Source: Anaerolineales bacterium
GTDB taxonomy: Bacteria > Chloroflexota > Anaerolineae > Anaerolineales > UBA4823
Direction of reading: 5' to 3'
Assembly (NCBI GenBank): GCA_028687395.1
Contig: JAQUAE010000001.1
Coordinates: 1 to 24,443, forward strand
Length of the DNA stretch: 24,443 bases
The notes beneath the pieces are model-generated. The model searched no databases. It saw only the letters and a program-made list of their open reading frames with translations, and had not been told where the DNA came from. Below, piece after piece: positions 7,213-15,011 of the stretch. Numbering within the stretch: the stretch's first letter is position 1; every line of letters begins with the position of its first letter. The translations under genes and the position numbers were made by a program.

Positions 7213-8478
7213 ATGTACCGGGAGTTGAACTTGCCTTACGGAGCCGGGGAAGCGCCGCTTCGGCTGCCGGCGCAGAATCTGGCCGGCGTGTTTGCTCCCC
7301 AAGCCGTGCCCGCCTGCGAAGACCCACGCGTAGAAATTCAGCGCGCTTTATTCAACCCCTTTAACTCGCCGCCATTATCCGAGCTGGTCAAGGCAGGCGA
7401 GCGTGTGGTCATCCTGGTGGACGATCATACCCGCTCCACGCCCGCGGCGCTCATTCTACCCCCCGTTCTGGAGACCCTTACCAGGGGCGGAACGCGGCTG
7501 GAGGACGTGACCATCCTCGTCACTCACGGGACGCATCGCTTGAGCAGCGAAGCGGAAGTGCGCCAAAAAGTGGGCGATTTCGTCTACGACAATTTCCGCG
7601 TCGAGCAACACAACAGCGAAGACGAGGCTAGCCTGGTCTACTTGGGCCTGACCCGCTACGGAACCCCGGTGTGGGTCAATCGCCTGGTGGTCGAAGCGCA
7701 GCGTTGCATCGGCATCGGGCACATCGGGCCGAGCCCCTACGCGGGCTATTCAGGCGGCGCCAAGCTTATAGTGCCCGGCGTGGCGGGACTGGACACGATC
7801 AATATGACCCACGAGCTGGTGCCGTTGGGATTCCGCCAGGCCGGACGGGTGGACGTTCCCTGCCGGCTTTCCCTCGAGGCTGCTGCGGCGCTGGTCAAGC
7901 TGGATTTCCTGATCGACGTGGTGCTCTCACAGGATGAGCGCCTGGCGCGCGCCTTCGCCGGCTCGCCGCAGAGCGTCTTCCAAGCCGGGTTGGCGCTGGC
8001 TCGCCAGGTGTACGAAGTGGCCTGTCCCACAGAGCTGGATGCGGCCATCACCTCGGCTTACCCATACGAAATCGACCTGTACCAGGCATTGCGGGCGATC
8101 GAGTTCGCCGACGCCCACGTACGCCAGGGGGGGAGCATTTTGCTGGTGGCTGCCTGCCCGGAGGGGTGGGGCGACGCCCAATTCCAGGCGCTGATGGCCG
8201 ATCGCGCCAGGAAACCGGAGGATTATTTACGTGACGTCGCCCGCCGCAACGGCAAGGTAACCTTCAGCGTGCTGGGCTACGCTGTAGCCAGGATCAGATC
8301 CGAAAAAAAGCTGTATATCCTCTCCGAAGGCATCCCGCGCGCCGAGCTTAGCGCCGCCGGCTTTCATCCGCTGGATACCTTGCAGCAGGGGGCGGAGTTG
8401 TTGGCTGGGGAGTACGGACCGCAGTACAGGGTGGCGGTCTTCCCCAAAGGCGCTACAACCGTGCCCGTCGCACCCTGA
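7213..8478 (+). CDS. LarA-family nickel-pincer-nucleotide-dependent racemase/epimerase homologue (DUF2088), probably not lactate-specific
   Basis: DDHTRSTP, HGTHR, YAGYSGGAK, TINMTH and DLYQA motifs align with LarA. ATG 7213 follows RBS AGGAGG (7197-7202). Confidence 0.85.
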   Translation: MYRELNLPYGAGEAPLRLPAQNLAGVFAPQAVPACEDPRVEIQRALFNPFNSPPLSELVKAGERVVILVDDHTRSTPAALILPPVLETLTRGGTRLEDVTILVTHGTHRLSSEAEVRQKVGDFVYDNFRVEQHNSEDEASLVYLGLTRYGTPVWVNRLVVEAQRCIGIGHIGPSPYAGYSGGAKLIVPGVAGLDTINMTHELVPLGFRQAGRVDVPCRLSLEAAAALVKLDFLIDVVLSQDERLARAFAGSPQSVFQAGLALARQVYEVACPTELDAAITSAYPYEIDLYQALRAIEFADAHVRQGGSILLVAACPEGWGDAQFQALMADRARKPEDYLRDVARRNGKVTFSVLGYAVARIRSEKKLYILSEGIPRAELSAAGFHPLDTLQQGAELLAGEYGPQYRVAVFPKGATTVPVAP

Positions 8479-8498
8479 TCTCTCTTTTTCTGGAGGGG

Positions 8499-8518
8499 CT
8501 TTGGGAAGGAGGCCTCCC
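8499..8518. repeat. Short hairpin-like intergenic element, inverted partner of 9373-9394
   Basis: CTTTGGGAAGGAGGCCTCCC; its reverse complement GGGAGGCCTCCTTCCCAAAG matches 9373-9394 with two 1-nt insertions. Confidence 0.55.
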
Positions 8519-8568
8519 AATCGTGGTCTTTCACCGAATTTTATTCAAAGCAAAGGAGGACTAGTCCT

Positions 8569-9360
8569 ATGGAACAAAAAGTGCCCGAGAAAGTGCGCCA
8601 TTCCACGAACAGGATTGGAGGCGTATCGATTGCCTGGGTGACGTTGTATGGCGCCCTGTGCGGCGTCACAAGCCTGGTGCCGATCTTTCCATACATCGGG
8701 GGTGGGGGATACGTGCCCCTGACCACCCCGCTCAGTGCGATTGCCCCGCTGCTGCTCGGTCCGGTCGGCGGTGTGGCGGCTGCCCTGGTCGGCGGGGTGA
8801 TCGGTATGTTCATCGCCCCGGCTGCTTACCCATTGCAGGTGGTGGATATCTTCCTGAACGCCGGGCTACCAGCCATCTTCGTTGCTCTGATGCTGAAGAA
8901 CGCTCGTTGGTGGAAAGTCACCGTACCCCTTTTCATCGTTTTGGGGATTTTGGGGTGGCTGGTGCCATTCTACGTTCCTGGCGCCGCGGCCGGCTTTGGC
9001 AAGGTGCCCGAGCCGTTGTACTTCATCATGGCGGCTATCTACTGGCTGCCGTCGACGATCATCGCCGCCACGCCATTAGGGACGCGCCTGATGCCCGAAT
9101 GGGTGGTCAGCAGCAAGCGGGTGCGCCGCTATGGGGGCGTCTTCCTGACCGTACTCGCTGCCCTGTTCGTCTGGTGGTTGCCCTGGACACGCCCCTACTG
9201 GTACCTGTTCAACTTCTCGGCTGAGCTGGGCGTCGCCACGCACCTGGCGTATTCCTGGTGGGTGCCCACGCTATCGGCCATCACTGCGGTCATCACTATC
9301 CCTATCGTCGAGGCCCTGGAAAGAAGCGGCCTGCCGAAGATCGAAGGCGCCATCTGGTAA
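8569..9360 (+). CDS. ECF transporter substrate-binding (S) component, substrate unknown
   Basis: 263 aa, highly hydrophobic multi-TM protein with an LLGPVGGVAAALVG motif. Strong RBS AAGGAGG. It lies directly upstream of the ECF ATPase and T genes. Confidence 0.7.
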   Translation: MEQKVPEKVRHSTNRIGGVSIAWVTLYGALCGVTSLVPIFPYIGGGGYVPLTTPLSAIAPLLLGPVGGVAAALVGGVIGMFIAPAAYPLQVVDIFLNAGLPAIFVALMLKNARWWKVTVPLFIVLGILGWLVPFYVPGAAAGFGKVPEPLYFIMAAIYWLPSTIIAATPLGTRLMPEWVVSSKRVRRYGGVFLTVLAALFVWWLPWTRPYWYLFNFSAELGVATHLAYSWWVPTLSAITAVITIPIVEALERSGLPKIEGAIW

Positions 9361-9372
9361 TCTGGTCTGTCC

Positions 9373-9394
9373 GGGAGTGCCTCCTTCCCCAAAG
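9373..9394. repeat. Inverted copy of the 8499-8518 element
   Basis: GGGAGTGCCTCCTTCCCCAAAG, read directly. Confidence 0.55.
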
Positions 9395-9466
9395 AAACCG
9401 GCAGTCGCGGGGTGCCAGCGCGCTTGAATAGGATGCTTCACAAAAACCAGTCGAGGAATGCTCGCT

Positions 9467-11218
9467 ATGAGCAATGACGTCGCCATTTCGTTGCAGGATG
9501 TGACCTTCACCTACGAGGGGGAGGTGGTGGCGCTGCGCAACCTGAACCTTCAAGCCCATCAGGGGGAATTTGTGGTCGTGCTGGGCGCTAACGGCGCGGG
9601 AAAGTCCACCTTATGTTACCTGATCAGCGGGATCGTGCCCCAGATTTACGGCGGGAGGCGTGGTGGTGTGGTTTCCATCGCCGGCATCGACCCCTGGGAC
9701 GAGCTCCTCTTCGTCACTGCCCAGAAGTGCGGCGTGCTGATGCAGGACCCCGAAGTGCAGCTTTTCATGCCCACTTTGAAGGCCGAGCTTGCTTTCGGGC
9801 CGGCCAACCTGGGTGTTCCATCCGAGGAGATTTTCCAGCGTTCAGAGGCTGCCCTGAGGCTGGTGCGCCTGGACGGGCTCGAGGAGCGCAACCCGCGCGA
9901 CCTCTCCGGAGGGCAGAAGCAGCGCGCCGCCCTGGCCTCTGTGCTGACCATGCAACCTCAGGTGCTCGTCCTGGACGAACCCACCTCGCAGCTCGACCCG
10001 GTCGGCCGTTGGGAGGTGGGCGAGGCCATCGAACAATTGAAGCGCAGGGGCGACCTGACCATCGTGATGACCACCCACGAGACGGAGGAGGTCTTGCACC
10101 TGGCTGACCAGGTGCTCGTGCTGGAGCGCGGCGAGACGGTGCTACAAGGCACCCCACAGGAGGTGTTTTCGCAAGCCGCCCGCCTGGAAGAAGTCGGGGT
10201 GAAGACCCCGGCGTTGGTCAACGCCCAGATGCACTTCTATTCAGCCAAGCCGGGTCAACCTGGAGGGGGAGTAAAAATCGACGCGGGGGCGAGCATCTCA
10301 GAGGTGGCTGCACGCATCCAGAGCTCGATTTTTACGGGGGAGCTGCGCATTGCCTCTCAGGCAACCCCGCCTGAGCCGGCCCCCAAAAACGAGTCCCAAC
10401 CGATTTTGGAAGTGCGCCAGTTGACCGTGGAATATCCTGGCCCGCCCAAGGTGGTGGCTTTACAAGGGATCGACCTGCAGGTCGACCGGGGGGAGTTGGT
10501 AGGGGTCATCGGCCAGAACGGATCGGGCAAGAGCACCCTGGTGAAGTGCATGGTCGGGTTGATTAAACCCCGCGCAGGGCAGGTTCTTTTTCACGGGCAG
10601 GACATCCGCGCTCTCTCCGTGGGAGGCCTGGCGCGGCGCATCGGCCTGGTGCTGCAAAACCCGGACTACCAGCTATTTACCCCCTCATGCCGCGAGGAAG
10701 TGCGTTTTGGGCTGCGCAATGTGGGTATACCCCCGGATGAGATTGAGGCGCTGGTGGATGAAGCCCTGGGCATGGTTGGGTTGGAAGAGGAAGCCGACCT
10801 GTTCCCCTTCCGCCTATCGTTTGGCGACCGGCGCAAGTTAGCCGTTGCGGCAACTATTGCGCTCAAACCTGAAGTGTTGATCATGGACGAGCCGACTACC
10901 GCCCAGGATCACCGCGGGCGATACCAGCTTGCTGAGCTTGCCCGCCGTTTCCACGAGGAGAGAGGTGGGACGGTGGTGATCATTACCCATGACGTCGACC
11001 TGATCGCCCGCTACGCCCAACGCCTGGTAGTGCTGCACGAGGGGCGCATCCTGCTGGATGGGCCGGCGGCGGAAGTCTTCGCTCAAACCGAAGAGTTGAA
11101 GAAGAGCTTCGTGGTGCCCCCGGTGGCCACCCAACTGGCGAGCGAGGTGCTGCCTCCGGAGGCTGCCTCCCAGGTCATGACCCTGGAAGACCTGTTTCGC
11201 TTCATTGTGCCTACCTGA
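9467..11218 (+). CDS. ECF transporter fused double ATPase (EcfA-A')
   Basis: Two ABC domains: GANGAGKST/LSGGQKQR/LDEP and GQNGSGKST/LSFGDRRK/MDEP, with Q-loops QDPEVQLF and QNPDYQLF. ATG 9467 is better spaced from GAGGA than 9458. Confidence 0.92.
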   Translation: MSNDVAISLQDVTFTYEGEVVALRNLNLQAHQGEFVVVLGANGAGKSTLCYLISGIVPQIYGGRRGGVVSIAGIDPWDELLFVTAQKCGVLMQDPEVQLFMPTLKAELAFGPANLGVPSEEIFQRSEAALRLVRLDGLEERNPRDLSGGQKQRAALASVLTMQPQVLVLDEPTSQLDPVGRWEVGEAIEQLKRRGDLTIVMTTHETEEVLHLADQVLVLERGETVLQGTPQEVFSQAARLEEVGVKTPALVNAQMHFYSAKPGQPGGGVKIDAGASISEVAARIQSSIFTGELRIASQATPPEPAPKNESQPILEVRQLTVEYPGPPKVVALQGIDLQVDRGELVGVIGQNGSGKSTLVKCMVGLIKPRAGQVLFHGQDIRALSVGGLARRIGLVLQNPDYQLFTPSCREEVRFGLRNVGIPPDEIEALVDEALGMVGLEEEADLFPFRLSFGDRRKLAVAATIALKPEVLIMDEPTTAQDHRGRYQLAELARRFHEERGGTVVIITHDVDLIARYAQRLVVLHEGRILLDGPAAEVFAQTEELKKSFVVPPVATQLASEVLPPEAASQVMTLEDLFRFIVPT

Positions 11219-11238
11219 GTGGCGGGAGAGCAGAGACC

Positions 11239-12045
11239 ATGCAACCCGTTTTTCGTTACACCAAACTGGACACGCCGATTCACCGCCTGCACCCGCTGGT
11301 CAAGCTGGCTTACGTCCTGCTCACCCTGGTGCTGGTGATGTACCCGATTCGCCCAACCGATATGCCTGTCCTGCTGGTCTGGCTGGGATTATCTGCACTG
11401 CTCTGGGCGGTGGCGCGCATCGAGCTGCGCCGGTTCGGGACGCTGATGAAAATCCTGGTCGGGACGTTCATCTTCCTGATCCTCATTCAGGGCTTCACCT
11501 ATCGCTTCGGCAAGACGCCGCTCATCACTCTAGGGCACCTGCGGCTGTGGGAAGCCGACCTGGGAGTGATCACCCGCGAGGGCGTGTGGTTTGGGGTGGT
11601 GCTCAGCGTGCGCGTCCTGGCCGCCACGTCCTCCTTGCCCCTCTTCGTCATGACCACCTCCTCTTCGGAGATCATGACGGCGTTGGCGAAATTGCGCGTC
11701 CCGCGCACCGCCACCTTCATGATCGTCAGCGCCCTCTCCTTTACAACCCTGATCTTCGAGATGTGGTCTTCGATCTTGGAGGCGCAAAAGCTGCGTGCCT
11801 TCGACATCGAGCGGATGAACGTGTTCAAACGCGCCCTGAAAGCGTACGTGCCCATCATCACTCCGCTCATCCTGCTGCTCTTCCGTAAAGCGAACGATTT
11901 CCAGATTGCCATGGAGACGAAGGGCTTCGGCGCGCCGGTAGAGCCCACCGAGATCGAGACGCTCACCTCCCGCCCGGCGGATTTCTTATGGCTGGGGTTG
12001 GTGGTGGCTGTCTTCGTGGGGTGCACCGTGTTGAAATTCGCCTGA
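11239..12045 (+). CDS. ecfT: ECF transporter transmembrane coupling component T (CbiQ/EcfT family)
   Basis: DTPIHRLHPLVKL N-terminus, with EAQKLRA and AMETKGF coupling-helix motifs. Confidence 0.9.
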   Translation: MQPVFRYTKLDTPIHRLHPLVKLAYVLLTLVLVMYPIRPTDMPVLLVWLGLSALLWAVARIELRRFGTLMKILVGTFIFLILIQGFTYRFGKTPLITLGHLRLWEADLGVITREGVWFGVVLSVRVLAATSSLPLFVMTTSSSEIMTALAKLRVPRTATFMIVSALSFTTLIFEMWSSILEAQKLRAFDIERMNVFKRALKAYVPIITPLILLLFRKANDFQIAMETKGFGAPVEPTEIETLTSRPADFLWLGLVVAVFVGCTVLKFA

Positions 12046-12127
12046 CCAGCGGCGGGGTAGGGGGGAAAGCGCGCCAGTGGCGCGAATTGGTTTTTGCTGG
12101 CGCGTCCAACCACGTTCTAAGATAGTA

Positions 12128-12133
12128 TATAAT
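12128..12133 (+). promoter_or_regulatory. Candidate sigma70 -10 box (TATAAT) for the sensor kinase gene
   Basis: Perfect TATAAT in an AT-rich patch ~30 nt before the start. No good -35 is seen. Confidence 0.45.
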
Positions 12134-12164
12134 TCCGTGTGGATTAGTCCGGATAAACCCGCGA

Positions 12165-14171
12165 GTGGTGAATACGGTGAGCAGATTCTTCTCCTTGCAG
12201 AGCGTACAAGGCCGCCTGGGCTTGCTCTTCCTGACCTTCTTCCTGTTGCTGTCCGTCTCGGTGGGGGCGACCTTTTTCGGCATCGATTCCCAGAAGCGCG
12301 ATGGTCTGGTGATCAACCTGGCGGGGCGGCAGCGCATGCTGGTGCAGTGGATGGCGCGCCTGGCGTTGGAAATTGGCAATGGCGGGGGACAGGAACAGGC
12401 AGATGACCTGCGGGCGGCCATGCGTACCTTCGAGGGGACGTTGACTGCGCTGCAGCATGGCGGTAACGCCCCCTATTCCGAGGAGAGCAGTGTGGAGGTC
12501 CCCGCGGCGCGCTCAGCGGAGATCCAGGCGCAACTGCACCTGGCGCAGGAGGCCTGGGAGGCGCTGCGAGATCCCCTGGAGAAGGTGGCCGCAGGGCAAA
12601 TCTCCGGCGCGGAGCTGGCGGAGGCCGTCACCGAAACGCAAAGGCTTTCCCAGGCGGTAGTCGCCCGCGCCGACGAAGCCGTACGGCTCTACGAGCAAGA
12701 ATCCGCCGAGGACATGGAGCAACTGCGCCTGATTCAGGCGGCCTTCTTTGCCAGCGCCTTGTTGCTGCTCGCCGCCGGCGCCTGGCTCACGCGCCAATCG
12801 GTGCTTGCCCCGCTCAAGGCGATCCAGGCTGGTGCCCAGCGGGTGGGCGCCGGCGACCTGGAGACGCCCCTGCAGGTGCGCAGCCCTGCCGAGTTCGCCG
12901 CCCTGGCGGCCACCTTCAACAGCATGCAGGCCCAGTTACATGCCTCCCGGGAAGCGATGACCTCCTGGGCGGAGGAGCTCGAAGGGCGCGTCGCCCAACG
13001 CACGCGCGAGTTGGAAGCCTTGTACGAGGTCAGCCGGGATATCTCCTCCCGCCTGGACGTACGCCACGTGTTGAACTCGGTGACCGAGAAGGCGCGCGAG
13101 CTGCTGCAGGCGGAGGTGGCTTCGCTGTGCCTGCTGGAGGATTCTACCGAAGTGCTGACCATCAGCTCCCACAGCGGGCCGCCGGACGCCGTGATGGGCA
13201 ACAGTTCGCTCGTGGAGGGTGGCATTGCCGGGCCGGTGCTATCCAGCACGGAGGCGGTGGCGTGTGGTGAGTACCAGTGCTCCGCGGCGTGTAGCATTCT
13301 CTCGTCACAATACCGGGCCAGCCACCTGGTGGCACCGCTCAGGGTGGGGTCGCGGGTGATCGGCGCCTTGTGCGTCGGCAGCCGCCAACCGGGGGCCTTT
13401 TCGGAAAAAGCCTGCCCATTGCTGGGGAAACTGGCCAACTCGGCAGCGATTGCCCTGGAGAACGCCCGCCTGTATGCCCAGGCCGAGCGCGTCGCTACCC
13501 TGGAGGAGCGCCAGCGCATCGCCGCCGATATGCACGATAGCCTGGGCCAAACCCTGAGCTACCTCAGCCTGAGCATGGACCAGGTGAGCGAATACCTCCG
13601 AGCGGGGGATGGGGCGCGTGCCCAGGAAAACCTGGAAGCCTCCCGCCAGGCGCTCAACCAGGCCAACCTCGAGGTGCGCCGCGCCATCTCTAGCCTGATG
13701 GAAGACCCACCCCTGCGCCGCAGCTTGCAGGAACAGCTCGCTGCCCTGGTAGACGAATGCACTGCCATGGAGGGACCCCAGGTTGCCTGGCGGGACGCGT
13801 TGGGCAAGGCGCTGCACCTGCCTCAGGACAAGGCGGAACAGGTGCTGCGCGTGGCGCGCGAAGCGGTGATCAACGCCCAGCGCCACGCCGGAGCGCAGCG
13901 GGTGCAGGTGGTCTTTCAGGAAAATGGCGGTGAATACCAGTTGAGCGTGCAGGACGATGGCTGCGGTTTCGATACAGCCATCTTGAAGAATAGACAGGGC
14001 AATCACTTTGGCCTGCGTATCATGCAAGCCCGAGCAGGTCTGCTCGGAGGCAATTGCAGCGTAGAGTCGGCGCCCGGCGAAGGGACGCGGGTGATGTTGC
14101 GCTGGCCCAAGCATAGGCAGCGCCCCGAAGCTGAAAGGCAGCATGAAACTTATGCGCATATTATTGGCTGA
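12165..14171 (+). CDS. narX: NarX/NarQ-like nitrate/nitrite sensor histidine kinase (PilJ/NarX sensor, HAMP, GAF, HisKA_3, HATPase)
   Basis: P-box-like INLAGRQRML between two TM helices, HAMP, GAF, H-box ERQRIAADMHDSLGQ, then NAQRHA, DDGCGF, HFGLRIM and GEGTRV. The GTG start could be 12165 or 12177. Confidence 0.85.
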   Translation: MVNTVSRFFSLQSVQGRLGLLFLTFFLLLSVSVGATFFGIDSQKRDGLVINLAGRQRMLVQWMARLALEIGNGGGQEQADDLRAAMRTFEGTLTALQHGGNAPYSEESSVEVPAARSAEIQAQLHLAQEAWEALRDPLEKVAAGQISGAELAEAVTETQRLSQAVVARADEAVRLYEQESAEDMEQLRLIQAAFFASALLLLAAGAWLTRQSVLAPLKAIQAGAQRVGAGDLETPLQVRSPAEFAALAATFNSMQAQLHASREAMTSWAEELEGRVAQRTRELEALYEVSRDISSRLDVRHVLNSVTEKARELLQAEVASLCLLEDSTEVLTISSHSGPPDAVMGNSSLVEGGIAGPVLSSTEAVACGEYQCSAACSILSSQYRASHLVAPLRVGSRVIGALCVGSRQPGAFSEKACPLLGKLANSAAIALENARLYAQAERVATLEERQRIAADMHDSLGQTLSYLSLSMDQVSEYLRAGDGARAQENLEASRQALNQANLEVRRAISSLMEDPPLRRSLQEQLAALVDECTAMEGPQVAWRDALGKALHLPQDKAEQVLRVAREAVINAQRHAGAQRVQVVFQENGGEYQLSVQDDGCGFDTAILKNRQGNHFGLRIMQARAGLLGGNCSVESAPGEGTRVMLRWPKHRQRPEAERQHETYAHIIG

Positions 14172-14796
14172 CGACCATGCCCTCTTCCGGGAAGGCCTGG
14201 CCGGCATCCTTGCCGCCCAGCCCGACATCGAAGTGGTTGGCGAAGCCAGCGACGGGCTGGAAGCGGTGGTGAAAGCCCTCGAGCTGAAACCCGACCTGGT
14301 CTTGATGGACATCCAGATGCCCGGCATCGACGGGATCGAAGCCACTCGCCAGATCAAGAAGGACCTCCCCCAGACGACGATCGTGATGTTGACCGTGCGC
14401 GATGACGAGCAGAAGCTCTTCGAAGCGATCAAGTGCGGTGCGCAGGGCTATTTATTGAAAAACATCCGCTCACGAGAGATGCTGGAGATGGTGCGCAGCG
14501 CGGCGCGCGGCGAGGCCGCCCTCTCGCCCGCCCTGGCCAGCCACGTCCTGGAGGAATTCCGCCGCCTCAGCCAGCAACTGCCTCCCGATGGCTTGGGAGA
14601 AGCCGACGCCCTCACCCAGCGCGAGCAGGAGGTGCTCGGCCACGTCGCCATGGGGGCGAGCGATAAAGAAATCGCCGCGGCGATGAGCCTGAGCCTGCAC
14701 ACCGTGAAGAGCCACATGCGCAACATCCTCTCCAAGCTGCAGGTGAACAACCGCCGTGCGGCCGCTCGCCTGGCCAAGCACAAGGGCCTGATCTAA
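14143..14796 (+). CDS. narL: NarL/LuxR-family response regulator
   Basis: ILLADDH, DLVLMDI (phospho-Asp), GYLLK and an LTQREQEVL...TVKSHMRNILSKL HTH. Overlaps the end of the kinase gene. Confidence 0.9.
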   Translation: MKLMRILLADDHALFREGLAGILAAQPDIEVVGEASDGLEAVVKALELKPDLVLMDIQMPGIDGIEATRQIKKDLPQTTIVMLTVRDDEQKLFEAIKCGAQGYLLKNIRSREMLEMVRSAARGEAALSPALASHVLEEFRRLSQQLPPDGLGEADALTQREQEVLGHVAMGASDKEIAAAMSLSLHTVKSHMRNILSKLQVNNRRAAARLAKHKGLI

Positions 14797-14934
14797 CGCA
14801 GGCGGGCGTCATCCTCATCCCGGGCGCCGGATAACCGCGTACGCTCGTCCAAGGTGGGGGAAACCAGGTGCGGCCGCCTCTCGCAGAAGAACTAATGCTT
14901 CGGCCCGAAAACTCTGCCAGCTTGTACTGCTTTT

Positions 14935-14958
14935 TTCATCCCTGAGATGCGGGGTGAA
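14935..14958. promoter_or_regulatory. Imperfect palindrome TTCATCCC-N8-GGGGTGAA, candidate activator site
   Basis: 7/8 inverted match, centred ~40 bp upstream of an extended -10. Confidence 0.35.
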
Positions 14959-14981
14959 CGATTTTCCCTGCGACGCCCCCA

Positions 14982-14990
14982 TGCTATGCT
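14982..14990 (+). promoter_or_regulatory. Candidate extended -10 (TGCTATGCT) for the respiratory operon
   Basis: TGn+TATGCT, followed by RBS GGAGG (15003-15007) and ATG 15012. Confidence 0.4.
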
Positions 14991-15011
14991 ACCCCTGCCA
15001 ATGGAGGTGTC

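Noticed and set aside
12068-12100. Intrinsic terminator after ecfT
   Set aside because: The CGCGCC-AGT-GGCGCG stem is short and is not immediately followed by a U-tract, so support is too weak.
13305-14432. 375-aa minus-strand ORF
   Set aside because: Antisense shadow of the kinase and regulator genes in high-GC DNA; no motifs.
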